Program-made: the position numbers and the translations under genes | Assembly (NCBI GenBank): GCA_000002445.1 | Contig: CP000071.1 | Span: 192,001-256,000, forward strand | DNA length: 64,000 nt | Direction of reading: 5' to 3' | Source of the DNA: Trypanosoma brucei | Taxonomy: Eukaryota | Part shown: one piece after another, positions 53,701 to 64,000 of the stretch | Position numbering within the stretch: position 1 is the first letter of the stretch | Layout of the letters: each line of letters begins with the position of its first letter | The notes under the pieces: model-generated | What the model was told of the DNA's origin: nothing | The model's database searches: none | The model's input: only the letters and a program-made list of their open reading frames with translations

Positions 53701-54022
53701 CAAATGAGCGTACAAAACTTTCGCTTGGGGTTTGGGCGCCCTCGGATGCGATAGGGTTGGCTGAATGCTCCATTTCCTCCGGGTTTGCGAACGGATCGCA
53801 ATGGGATTCCCTTGTCCCATCCAAATGAGTAACGGATTCAATACAACCCCGTAAATTATGCGGCAATTCTTGCTGGTACGCTTCCGCCCTCTGCGTGTGG
53901 ACCAGAGATCGCAGCGAACCTGTGGAGAACCCCAGCGGCTGCATCCGCCACGCTAAGCGAACGTCATGGCAATAAAGAGGGAGCTGGTCCCTTTTAGTCT
54001 GTTTGAATCTCTCGCACTGCAT
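50762..54022 (-). CDS. WD40-repeat protein (1086 aa) with an acidic/Ser-rich central linker and an alpha-helical C-terminal domain
   Basis: N-terminal WD-like blades, for example …LEGHNGCVNSLSMNASGELLLSGSDDLAFCLYD…, …VVSCARDGRTLVTDLE…, …IVCSGCDSGNVFFWRTSDGKLIHT…. The C-terminal region …MFRCVTELCYAYYFMALGEAEAAIHHVEQLERHAEYRCI… looks TPR/helical. Confidence 0.65.
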   Translation of the reverse strand: MQCERFKQTKRDQLPLYCHDVRLAWRMQPLGFSTGSLRSLVHTQRAEAYQQELPHNLRGCIESVTHLDGTRESHCDPFANPEEMEHSANPIASEGAQTPSESFVRSFGLRRELEGHNGCVNSLSMNASGELLLSGSDDLAFCLYDTFEWQIKQRYRTRHSSNIFHAVFVPGNDHHVVSCARDGRTLVTDLEVGESFYKCRHSQVASSIAVSPWWPDTAYVGYLNGFISRIDTRTRRLESERTTDGNPCLPSVGEVRTLAVHDRWPFLLASGTNTEAVYLHDVRMCSLGAFAAITIPCVRRSNGVSGLSFSANGTSLAVNYREEHVYVVPWLETLYSRAVSTSASRNATCTGFSSVLDMGAVDKLTVATADGAVKMSGRRNVQTMFKDVTFMEDDSIVCSGCDSGNVFFWRTSDGKLIHTTPGDASIVNVVLYSHRTGRLLTSGIDDTIKVLGPLNGRVSQSIEHREEVEDTFSRSVVGVVDTVRRILLGEIPSTRGDRLSEILSLGDNLVTRTPDTEDRTDVRVELNTTVSDDSDDDGGGSVDDFDSHYEDESNEEVGQYQSQDRIWHVNFSRSHVEASLEQFAAAERALHMSLTDLILLTRQLVATWVFGSRRVVGGIGTVPPLFLANGAMSSTTAESDAFSGIRGMVVEGAEDDGDVDVDDMITDDATALSSARMSLPEDTSNLGDSIDRHVGSDSGVSSASGNGEDDPFLVIGTSILTPATERHISHIRAADEGTLVEELPVVGGGPGQREERGDSTSQRTGDDRNEAAIPGTDVMGTVSSWFQDMHRVFNKLRDGLKTTFRRWTLPGGGRVQIPRWDRCTFGVASGAPVVDGGWSPSQAPDVDDDTSFLFYYASGVAQAESSGNVPAAPPTFDAFLSNKQRIRCFLTLLDVVLRRKELICSSTEERRGYWMFRCVTELCYAYYFMALGEAEAAIHHVEQLERHAEYRCITALGSVDSACLRLGGKRRRQAPVPQGTGSRGTYERRGTELLRTLDCGELPPLLVPMALKIRILVLSQRGVVSGEDVLSSGSCSDHGELLRDQAGDSYLQSLVNEMRGRLSGHPNEKVKQRVVRMLRGINITLS

Positions 54023-54128
54023 CCGATGTCAAAGCCCAAACACAGGCACTGGCCAATCCTGTTTCAGACTAATATGTGCTATCGAGCAATAATAGTGAAA
54101 ATTTAGTGCGATTGCCCACCCCCTCAAA

Positions 54129-54153
54129 GTATATATATATATATATATATATA
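54129..54153. repeat. (TA)n microsatellite
   Basis: atatatatatatatatatatatata read directly. Confidence 0.9.
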
Positions 54154-55304
54154 ATGGTATGTGTGAATGTATGACGTACAAAGTATTGGTTCCCCCTCAC
54201 TATGTCCACTGGTCGCCTCTGATTACTGTAGAGCCTTTCCTTGCCCAACCACAAATCCCAATGGATTGCAATTACTTTGTCTTTTTTCTTTTTTTGCCTT
54301 CGCTTAGTTTGCCCTTTAGCTGTTTGCACGGGTGGTAAACAAACCGATACCGAAGGTCCCTCCAGAGGGCGAAATAGTGCGCAAGGAAAAGAAATATCAA
54401 AAACACAAACGAAACCGCGCAAAAAGCACGCATGCGTTACACGCACACACACAACCACAATTACACGACAGCGTAAACATAAACAGGATGTGTACAAGAC
54501 CTCAGCAGAATGCATTCACTACAGGTATGCAATGACCAACACCGAATTTCGCCCCTCACCCAACATAATCCTACTGAGGACACAAAACGATATAAACTTC
54601 CGAAAATAAAAAAGTACGCCACCAACCAGAAGCATGTGATAGCAAAATTCAGCAGACTCATTTTTCGCAAGATAGTAAGTATAAAGTGACTAAACTATGT
54701 AACAATAAAAAAAAAAACAAAATCATTAGTTGCCTAACAGAGTGTTCCTCCAAACACATTCGTAACCTCCTATCTCCCTCCTTTTCTTAATGTAACGAAG
54801 GCAGTGTGAGCGCATACACTAGTGTTCGGGGGAAAACATTGGCTGTGACTAAGTGCTTCTTCAAGATTCGCGCCCCCGTAACCAATATGGCAGACAAGCC
54901 ACATGAGCAACGGAGTATTTATTCAACCCTGAGGCTCGCCACTTTATTCCTTTCTCATATACTTCACCAACGGTCACCCCGCACACGGACGCATGCATGT
55001 TCGCTACCCCAAGTAGTGATGGCTCAAATCCCCTTTCCACTTCCCCGATTCTGAGTGCTGCAGAAACTACTGGATCGACCTGTAAAAAGCAAATCATCCA
55101 TCAATGTGCACATCACTAATAACAAAACAAACCTCGTAAAGTCACCCTTTTCCCTTCCCTTGACCCACACACCCCCAATTGGTGTGTGAAGAGCAGACAT
55201 GCACATTTCCATCTGTGCAGCATGTATTATCAGGGAGGAAAAAAAGAAAATAAAAAGTACGCCTTCACCAATGGTAAGTTTCCCGCAAATAACTTAACCT
55301 CCAA

Positions 55305-57647
55305 CTACACGCTCACAGCGCTGCTGTCACTTGCCGCAACATCACTTCTGGTTTTCTTTTCCCTCGCGCTCACTTCGGTGGCCTCAAGCTGAAGCAGTAC
55401 TTCTATACTGTCAGTGATGTCCTCCAACACTTCCACTCTCACGTCCTCACGGGTACGGAATGTAAGTAATGTATCCTTTCCACCAATTTTACGGCGCTGG
55501 CGCACCCACTGATATTGTGTGATGGACATGGCCAGGTTCAGTGCTATAATCACCAGAAGTATGTATACGACAGTCACAGTATTCGCAAGGAAGGTCGCTA
55601 GAGAAAACGAAGAACCCCCGGCGGAAGCAATTGCGGGAACGAGGGCGTCACCGAACATCATGAAGTAAAGTGTCATGAAAGAGTAGTTCACATCGGTGAA
55701 GCGACCGTCACTATGTGGTCCAAAGACCATGCAGTAAAACAAAACAAAACCAATGAACATTGGCAGAATACTCAACATACCAAGAAACAGCTTCGAGATG
55801 AGACGAAGCATCGCCTGTACATTGAAGTACATTTCGGGGAAATACCGCGATTGCGAAAGAAGATTCACACAAACGAAGAAGGCAGCCACCCCTAATGTCA
55901 TGTTTTCCACCGCATCAAAAAAACAAGACAACTGTACGCCAAACAGCCTCACAGAAAATAAGGAAACGTATAGCAAAATGAGAAGGTCGGCGACCAGACC
56001 AACAAAATGCCATCCATCGCCTCCCTTCTCCTGCAAACGGTGATGCCACTGCTCGTACATATTCATGAAACCAACTGGCCCGGAGTCACGGGCCCCTGGT
56101 CGAGACGTTCTGTGCATTATCCACTGATCAGCGTGATGTCGCACCCACCGTTTCAAGCTCTTCACAATAAGCATAGTGACACCACGATCACTGTCTGCCC
56201 CATCAATTTCACTCGGAGATGATTCAACATCAGTTCCCTCCGAGTGACATTTCCTGCCTGAACCAACACCTTCTCTGGCCCTAGGAAGTGAATAACCACC
56301 TTCACGACTCTTTTCGGCAGCCGCTTCACGTCGAAAAGAAATCGCGGACTTAAGTGCACGGAACCTGATCGCCATATCCAAAAGAGCAAGCAGAAACATT
56401 ACTGAAGTGAGGAGAAATCGCGGATGAATACGAGGTTGAATATGTTTTGCAGTTGATATAATATTGTATGTGGTCTCAACATAGCCGCCACGGTGGAAGA
56501 AGAATTTGACTTCGATCGTCCACTGGTATATAATCATACTAAAACCACTGGTAGATCGAGAACCGTCGGTCAGCTTGGCGATTACTTGTGGGAGTGTCCC
56601 ACGCAAACGTATACTACGCACATTATCCGTCAATGAAAAGAAAAAAACATCCGCATTAGTGGCCGCGTCGCCCTTAATTTGTCTCCTACAGGGGCTGTAG
56701 TATTTCCCAGAGAGGGTACTGAGCCTCGGTGCGCATGCGGTATTTATTCGAATATTGGGTGGGGAATCTAAAACATTACCTGAAGACGTTTCCGCACGCG
56801 AGTACCGACTGCTATACTCTTCCTCGCCGTCATTTGTTTTGCTACTTCCATTACTCCAATCCCTATATTCACTGGCAAACGGTCCTAGAGGATCTTCCTC
56901 GGTCAATGTCACTGAAAATATTTTTGTATCGGAAGGTCCGATATGCTCTCGTGAACCAAAGGCAAACAATTCCACGTCCATCTTCACGGGTGTCACCGCA
57001 TTAATCGTGACGGTTTCCGCTTCGCTAGTATCAGCAAGATTATTCATTTCCTTAGTAAGTATTCTATCCATCTCTTCAACACGCTGAGGTGTCTCCCCGT
57101 TCAAAATGTATCGAAGGAATTCCGTTCCCTTACCCGTAGCAGCACTCATGTAATAATGATACTTCAGTTCCGCCTCTGCTGCAGCAGCCAACTCGTAAAA
57201 TGCCGCGACAAAGTCTTCAATTCTCGAGAAAAGGTCCTTGCGGTTATGGACGAAAACGGTGGGGAGACGCACAATATCTCCGCTCTCCTTACCAAGATAA
57301 TCGTCAGCCAAAAAATGCCCAAGAACTGCTTTGCGTTTCACATAACTCGTTGTGTAGGAAGGCACGTGATATGCTAACGAAAGTACAAGAATACCGACTA
57401 GCATGAGCCAACTTACAATAAACCTGTGCGGAAGTGGCCGACCCATGAAGAGAAGGTCGGTAGTGGCGGAACCGATGCTCGCTGAATGCTCACGTCGCAC
57501 GCCGTCCCTTCCATTCATACGCTCCTCCGCTCCTTTAGAATCACGCCTTGTGTAAAGTAATGGCCGACACATGGCGTCAGATCCTGATGTTGAGTCCACG
57601 CCATCAGACCGACTCCATGCGCTTAGCGAAGACCCAAACATAAACAC
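55305..57647 (-). CDS. Polycystin/mucolipin-type (TRP-superfamily, PKD_channel-like) cation channel, 780 aa
   Basis: The topology fits TRPML/PKD2. It has one TM (FIVSWLMLVGILVLSLAYHV), a roughly 300-aa luminal loop, then five TMs (…FLLTSVMFLLALLDMAI…, …WHFVGLVADLLILLYVSLFSV…, …LGVAAFFVCVNLL…, …LGMLSILPMFIGFVLFYCMVFG…), a pore-helix/filter-like FMTLYFMMFGDALVP, and a final TM LATFLANTVTVVYILLVIIALNLAMSI. Confidence 0.6.
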   Translation of the reverse strand: MFMFGSSLSAWSRSDGVDSTSGSDAMCRPLLYTRRDSKGAEERMNGRDGVRREHSASIGSATTDLLFMGRPLPHRFIVSWLMLVGILVLSLAYHVPSYTTSYVKRKAVLGHFLADDYLGKESGDIVRLPTVFVHNRKDLFSRIEDFVAAFYELAAAAEAELKYHYYMSAATGKGTEFLRYILNGETPQRVEEMDRILTKEMNNLADTSEAETVTINAVTPVKMDVELFAFGSREHIGPSDTKIFSVTLTEEDPLGPFASEYRDWSNGSSKTNDGEEEYSSRYSRAETSSGNVLDSPPNIRINTACAPRLSTLSGKYYSPCRRQIKGDAATNADVFFFSLTDNVRSIRLRGTLPQVIAKLTDGSRSTSGFSMIIYQWTIEVKFFFHRGGYVETTYNIISTAKHIQPRIHPRFLLTSVMFLLALLDMAIRFRALKSAISFRREAAAEKSREGGYSLPRAREGVGSGRKCHSEGTDVESSPSEIDGADSDRGVTMLIVKSLKRWVRHHADQWIMHRTSRPGARDSGPVGFMNMYEQWHHRLQEKGGDGWHFVGLVADLLILLYVSLFSVRLFGVQLSCFFDAVENMTLGVAAFFVCVNLLSQSRYFPEMYFNVQAMLRLISKLFLGMLSILPMFIGFVLFYCMVFGPHSDGRFTDVNYSFMTLYFMMFGDALVPAIASAGGSSFSLATFLANTVTVVYILLVIIALNLAMSITQYQWVRQRRKIGGKDTLLTFRTREDVRVEVLEDITDSIEVLLQLEATEVSAREKKTRSDVAASDSSAVSV

Positions 57648-59404
57648 TTCGTTTCGCGCAGCGAATCATGGAAAGAAAGAGAACAATTAGGTGAGGAAAT
57701 GTAAAATTAAATCGAATGTGTGCTATTAGAGAAAGAGAAAATGACAACAGCAGTGGATATAATCAAAGCTCCATTGACCCGTAACAATAATACCAAGAAT
57801 AGATTTACCTATTCAAATATGTCTATATAAATATATACCTTGTTAGATATATATATATATATATGTTTGCGTACATGCAAAAACACAAGAGTCATCCGCA
57901 ACCGGAATCAAGTTACATGTGAGAATCTTCACAAATCACCACGTGAGGTGTTGTCTTGTGTGCCTCCACATCGCCACCCCGACGCTTTCGAAAACTGTCG
58001 CCGCAATTTCCACAACCTTTCACTTTTCTTAACGCGCATGTGATTCCTTCATAAAAGGGAATGAAGGGGAGGGAAAAGAGCAGCAACATCAAAAAAGGAG
58101 GAAAAAAAAAAGCAAATGTAAAAGCAAAAAAAAAAATAAATTAGCGGCAGTAGAAGGAAAAATATAATGATACGGATGTAAGGAAAGCCACCGAAACCAC
58201 GCATAGCAACGACAGCTTGGAACACAAAAATAAGTGCTCGGCAACTGCTGAGGTGTAACAAATCAGCTGATATTTCTGGACAAAGCACATATTCAACACA
58301 ACACAACGCAACGACGCTCCTCCTACTGTAACCAAATGCTACACAGCAAATGCATTAAGTAACAGAGAGATTGAGAGAAAGAGTAGGAGCGTTTAAAGAA
58401 AAAAAAAGGAGGAGACGAGAAAGAGTGTGCACAAAGTTTAAGGAGGTAAGCTGGTCCCACAGAAGGTAAATTGTGTTTGTGTGTCAAGGGGGAAAAAAAA
58501 AATGAGGGACAATGAACGATGCGTTAATTACGATATGGTGAGACTTCGTCCACTCGAGGGATATCGTGTGAAAAGAAAAAGGTACCGCTACATTTTGCGA
58601 CTCCCGTGAGAATATCAACGCAACGCACTAACGAGCGAAGGCACATGCAACCACAACAAATAAAGTTCATTCCCACAGAATTGATACAAGCAGCCCATTC
58701 CAATTTCCTTTCAAAAAAAAAAATTAAAAAGAAATTTCGGCCGTCATTTCCAGCCCGCAAACACTGTCTCCCCACTGGGCTCCCTCTTCTCTTCTATCCT
58801 TTCTTTTTCTTTCTTTTTTTCTTTTTCTTTTTTTTTTGATCAGATTACTTCCTTCTTAAACGCCACTAACCCGCACCCCTCCGCTCAGCTCAGCCCAACC
58901 CGGCTGGTGTCTGTTCGCCGTCTCCACTCGGTATTTTGTTGATGTTTGTTTCTCCGGCTTTCGGTTACTCCCTTTTCTTTTTCTTTTTTTTTTTTAGGCG
59001 CGTTAAGATTATTTCTGGTGCAGAAGCCACAAACAATAATATGGAAGAAACGCACAAAAAAAAAACAGTGAGAAGAATATTTGCAAAGGGAAGAAGAAAG
59101 CAAAACAGCAACCAAAAAAAAAAGTGCTAAAACCGCTTGCACTATGAAAAGTAATCTCATCTTCCACAAAAAAAAAATTAGCTGGAGACATGATTGAATT
59201 CCTTTCATCAGCAGCTGCTGACGGTAAACCATTCGCTGACAGTCTCACACGTTGGTACGGAGTGCACAGTTGAAAATATGGTGAAAACTAATCGACCGCG
59301 CAAACTGCTTGACCAAGTTTGTAAATAGAGAGAGAATGAATATATATATATATATATATTTCGGAAAGAATGATGGGAAAATATCGAAACCAGGCGCCTC
59401 AAAG

Positions 59405-60079
59405 TCAAAACACCTCTTGAAGGGTTCCTTCCAGCAGTTCCTCATCATTAAAAAAACATTCAAGAGCTTCATCTAGAGATTTCTCATGAACCTTACTTAC
59501 GGGTACCACCTTCCCTCGCCCATTTTCCCGGCGCTTTTCGGGACTTGCAGGAACTTTAATACGTTGGTTAACAACCTTCGGAGGCGATAACAACCTCATC
59601 GTTGGTTCAATTTCAACCCTGTGCAAGTTCATATCCGTTTCAACATCTAGTAATGTATCATGCAGCAATTGCTCTTCCCTAAAAAACTCATCGAGAGTAT
59701 CTTCAAGCGATATGTCTCTCACCACTCTTGAGGTTTTTTCCGCTCTATTGGTTGTTTTTTCCACAATCGGAGAGATTTTATTTCCTCTGGAATCCTCCTC
59801 CTTGTGCCTTTTCACATTTGTTATATTTTCCTTTGGTCTCTCAACCGCTGTTGATTCGAGTGCATCCTCAACTTTTGGATTAATAATATTTAATTCGGCA
59901 CGGCACACGTTGACTCGGCGGGGCGCTACGAAATGGGCCCATTTTAGAGGAGCAACACGAAGAAACACGCCAATCAACACAAAAATAAGCACAGCACACA
60001 ATAACTCTAATATGATGGAAATGTTTGAAGCATACGCCAACTTTTCCCTATCGATTACCTGAAAGAAAAAAAAATACAT
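59405..60079 (-). CDS. Small hypothetical membrane-anchored protein (up to 224 aa) with a duplicated acidic C-terminal motif. The start is uncertain: a poly-T/AG acceptor-like site lies just 3' of the first ATG.
   Basis: There is one TM segment (ISIILELLCAVLIFVLIGVFL). An internal repeat is present: LEDTLDEFFREEQLLHDTLLDVE versus LDEALECFFNDEELLEGTLQEVF. The only alternative on the opposite strand is a 116-aa low-complexity ORF. Confidence 0.4.
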   Translation of the reverse strand: MYFFFFQVIDREKLAYASNISIILELLCAVLIFVLIGVFLRVAPLKWAHFVAPRRVNVCRAELNIINPKVEDALESTAVERPKENITNVKRHKEEDSRGNKISPIVEKTTNRAEKTSRVVRDISLEDTLDEFFREEQLLHDTLLDVETDMNLHRVEIEPTMRLLSPPKVVNQRIKVPASPEKRRENGRGKVVPVSKVHEKSLDEALECFFNDEELLEGTLQEVF

Positions 60080-60894
60080 CTCAGTACTCTCGCAGCGAGT
60101 CCCTCAAAGAAATGGTTTGAGTGAACACTTTAGTCTGCGATCACAAATAATAATTTTTTTAGAAAAAAAAAAAACTTCCCACTTTCCCGTCCGACCTTGC
60201 ACTATTCTGCAAGCACGTATCGGTTTATTTATCTTTATAATCTTTCGTTTACCTTGTCCCTTTTTCTCTCTTTTTTTTTTCTTCTTCGTCTTCTTTTGTT
60301 TTGGTGTGGCGCCTCCTTACTAAGATATGAGATATCTACGGCACCAAAACCTTTTTTTTTTAAAAAAAGAAGACTAAGCGGTAACAAAATGTAATTGTGC
60401 AGAATGTCATGGAAACAAATGAAGCTATTAGTTCAGAAGTTTGCAGAGTGATGACACACAAACACACAAACATATATATATATATATATATTTATATATT
60501 TATATTTATTGATTTATACGGTGGAGTTGATACACATATAATAGAAAGTAACAATAACAGTAGTAGTAGTAGTAATAATAATAAGGCTTAAAAAAAAAGA
60601 AAAAAGAGGGATGCAGAGAGGCGGAGTGCGCAGGTGGATGGGGGAAAATAAAAAGTAATTGAGGGTGAGAATAAAAGTAAGTAAGCAAGTAACTAAAACA
60701 AAAAAAAAAGTAAAACAAAACAAAACAAAACATGCACACGGAAGCCCACATACACACGCCTGCGCACGTCTAGTGTACGAATATTGGTCAAAGAATCTTT
60801 AGAATGACATGAACATACACACGCATATCCATTCCTCTCTTTAAGTGATTGCTTACAGATTGTTAAATATAGTTAAGTATAAGTGTAAATATAT

Positions 60895-60926
<32 letters not shown>

Positions 60927-62845
60927 ATTTGTGCGTGTGTGTGTGTATTTTTTTTTGTGTTTCTTCTTTTAGCCATCTGATTTAGCAGTGTCGACACCCG
61001 AGATCCGTAGTCAAGAGAAAAATGTTGGGAATAAGTAATAATCGTAAAATAAAACAGAAAAAAACAGATCAGATCAGAAGATATTGTCGCAAACAAAAAA
61101 AACGAAAAATCGGGGAATCTTGGACTGAAAAGGTACGGAACGGTAACATAAAAAATCATAAACAAAAACAAATGATTTTTTTTTTTAAAAAGAGGCGGTG
61201 AAGTAAAGCAGGAAAGGTAAAAGCAGTAATGACGACGGGATTAACCACCTGGGAAGACAACAAAAAGGACAAAGGTAAAATTGAATGGGGAGAAGGGAGT
61301 GGTTCGTACCGTCGCTGCGGTGAACCTTAAGCAAATAAAGATGAGATGAAAAAAAAAAAGAAGGAAACGAACAAACTCTTTTAGTTTTTGACAAAAATTG
61401 GCATTTTCGTACTACCTCGACTCCTCCCTCTTTTTGTTATTGCTGTTGTTTTCGGGGCTGCGAAACTATCAATATGAGGGGGGGGCGGAGGAAAAAAGCA
61501 AAAACAATTACAATTACAATTACAAGATCATTATTTTATATGACAGCTATTACGCACCTTAATATCAGTACGCGTGTGTTTACTTTTAACAAAAATAAAA
61601 TCACACATTAACAAACAATCATAAATGCCTTTATTTCCTTCTCCCACCACCACCACCACCCCCCCTGTGATAACCATTCAACTGCCTTTATTATTCCCTT
61701 TTCTTGTGTTTCTTTTTTTGTGTGTGGGTGTGTGTTTTTGTGTTTCGCATAACCTAACAACCATGTGTATTATATACCGAATTAAATATATGCCCGTAAA
61801 TATCGATATATATTAAATATTTCTCCACCCCTTCCTCTTTCTTTTCCTTAATTTATTTTTTCTTCCATCACCGTGGAAAATTGCTCATTGGTTCACTGTT
61901 TTATCACCACACACTTTTAATATCCCCCTTCCTCCACTTTACATTGCGCCACCGCAACAAAAAAAAAAGATACGAAAAAAAAAACAAACATAACATAACA
62001 TTAAAAAAGCAAATGAACTTAAACAACATAAATGGTAAATAGAAAACACGTAAAGCGAGTGAAATGAGTTGGTTGTAGAAATATGAAGGGGTTGAAAACA
62101 AAAATAAAAAGAACAGACAAAAAATACATAAATAAATTGAAGAAATCTGGAATTAAATATATATATGTGTCTGTTGTGCATAGTACACGTAAATGTCCAC
62201 AAAACCCTAACTCATGAAGAATATGGGAAAAAAAGATATTGTTGTCGGCGTTGATGAGAGTTTAAGGAACATAACGAGATGATAAGCACCAAAAAAAGAA
62301 AAAAAAAGAAAAACAAACATTTGTCAGACCACAAAAATAAAAAAACAATGGAACCTGAAACAACACAACTGCGCCGAGATTCGATTATCATTTAAAGAAA
62401 AAAAGGAAGGAATAACATTTAAAAACGAAAAAAAAACAAGAGAAAAAAAATCAGACAACGATACACCGACGGAATGAATAAATTAATAAAAACACGACGA
62501 ATGTAACTGCGCAAAGAGTAAAGACGGAAGTCGAACACAACAAACAGAATAACGAGGTAAACAAAAACGAACATAAGATGATAGAAACACCAAGGATACG
62601 CAATATTACACAATCACGCAGCATACGAGAAGGGGGGAAAATGAATGGAAAAAACAGCCAAAACAAGAGAGATGCACGACGGATAGAAGATCAACTAAAA
62701 AACAAAACGGGTTGAAAAAAAAAAAACTCAAAAAATTCAGCGAGGGAAGCGCATAGGAGTCACCAAATATGCGATTAGTTTCCTCTCAAGAGTCAATGCA
62801 ACACACCGCATGCACACATAAATATATATAGATATATGGATATAT

Positions 62846-62886
<41 letters not shown>

Positions 62887-64000
62887 CCCCGTACTTTCCT
62901 TCATTTCCTTCCACATAAACATGTTTTTATGCTTACTTTTTCTCCCCTCCTCCTCTTCCTCCCCCTCAGTTCGTTTCTCTACCTCAGTTATGTTATGTTG
63001 CATCACAAATTTTTCGCTCCGCCATATATCTAAATAAATATATATATTTATATATATTTATTTATTTATCAATACTTATTTATAAGCATATGCATATCAA
63101 TGTTTCAATTATCTTATCAACAGCATCCATGTACTTAATAACTTTTTGGCCTCCAACACTTATCCACGGCACCGAACAGAACGAAACTTTTTCATATAAT
63201 ATTCCTTTAACCGATGTGCCCCAAAGATATATACAAACGCAATTAGAACAACAAAATCATCATCTGCGTTATGATGATTTCCTCTTTTTTTTTCTTCTTC
63301 TTCTCATTTTCTTTTATTTTTTTTTTAATTTCTAATTGTAATTATTTTCTTCCTTCCACACACACACACCCAAGTGGTCATAAACACACGTACATGCATA
63401 ATTATATATAAGTGTGGTATATATATATATATATTCCCTACCCCATAATATCATATTATATTGCACCAAAGGTGCGAATACAAACGAAAAAAAAATCAAT
63501 ATACATAAATGTATAAAATATGGATGCGTATGGTTATAATCGCAAAGGTTTATCTCTTGTCTTCTTATTTCTCTCTCACATAATTAGATATTTTTCTTGT
63601 TTTTGTTTATTTTCCCCTTTAGTTCTTTTTGTTTTTTTCTTAAAATCGCCTTCGCCACCAAAAAACCAAAAAAAAAAACATAAATACATACACACACGTA
63701 ACCTTCCCGCATTCTCCATATCTGCTGAATGGTTGGTTTGTTCACGATTTATTTATTTATTTATTGTTTTGTTTTCGCTCCCTCCCCTCTCTTTCTCTTT
63801 CTCTTTCTCTTTCTCTTCCTCATCCAAAATCCAAATTCCCTCTTCCTGCTTCTTTTTTTTTCTTTTCTTTTTTTTTCTTCTTCTTGCTTTTGATATTTAT
63901 TTAATCATTTTATGATTATTATTTTGTGTGTGTGTGTGTGTTTGTGTGTCTGTTCTTTTCCTTCTATTTCTCATTCTCTTTCTCATTCCCCTCCTATTCT
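60080..64000. promoter_or_regulatory. Gene-free, low-complexity ~4-kb region at the upstream end of the minus-strand gene array. It is a candidate RNA pol II transcription start region or strand-switch region.
   Basis: There is no ORF longer than 131 aa on either strand. It is dense in (AT)n, (TG)n and homopolymers. Around 62000-62800 the plus strand is A/C-rich, so the minus (coding) strand is G/T-rich. This is inferred from the general organisation of kinetoplastid transcription units. Confidence 0.3.
62849..62882. repeat. (AT)n microsatellite, about 17 units; further (AT)n/(TG)n runs lie at 60470-60490, 60906-60955 and 63935-63960
   Basis: atatatatatatatatatatatatatatatatat read directly. 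Confidence 0.9.

Overview
The composition, gene organisation and protein content indicate a kinetoplastid (Trypanosoma brucei-like) chromosome-internal segment. Every credible coding region lies on the minus strand, which fits a single polycistronic transcription unit read from high to low coordinates. Genes are separated by long, homopolymer- and microsatellite-rich intergenic spacers. Genes I can recognise from sequence: a PIF1-family helicase (partial, runs off the window at nt 1), a Q-rich protein with several RRM-like modules, a MIP18/FAM96 (CIA2) Fe-S assembly factor, an HD2/FKBP-type nucleoplasmin-like acidic protein, and a collapsed tandem array of NOPP44/46-type nucleolar phosphoprotein genes (acidic tract plus RGG repeats). 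The array contains two 60-N assembly gaps and a divergent paralog whose acidic/RGG tail is replaced by a Tyr/Gly/Arg-rich low-complexity tail. Further genes: a 1025-aa coiled-coil protein, a 1306-aa protein with a dynamin-like P-loop, a roughly 2200-aa helical-repeat giant, a radial spoke head protein 9 homolog with an acidic insertion, a VID27-like protein, a 1549-aa hypothetical, a WD40 protein, a polycystin/mucolipin-type cation channel and a small membrane protein. The last ~4 kb (60.1-64 kb) is gene-free and low-complexity, and the minus strand there is GT-rich, so it may be the start of the transcription unit or a strand-switch region. No tRNA, rRNA or CRISPR features were found. All calls are from reading the sequence and ORF track by eye; no database search was possible.
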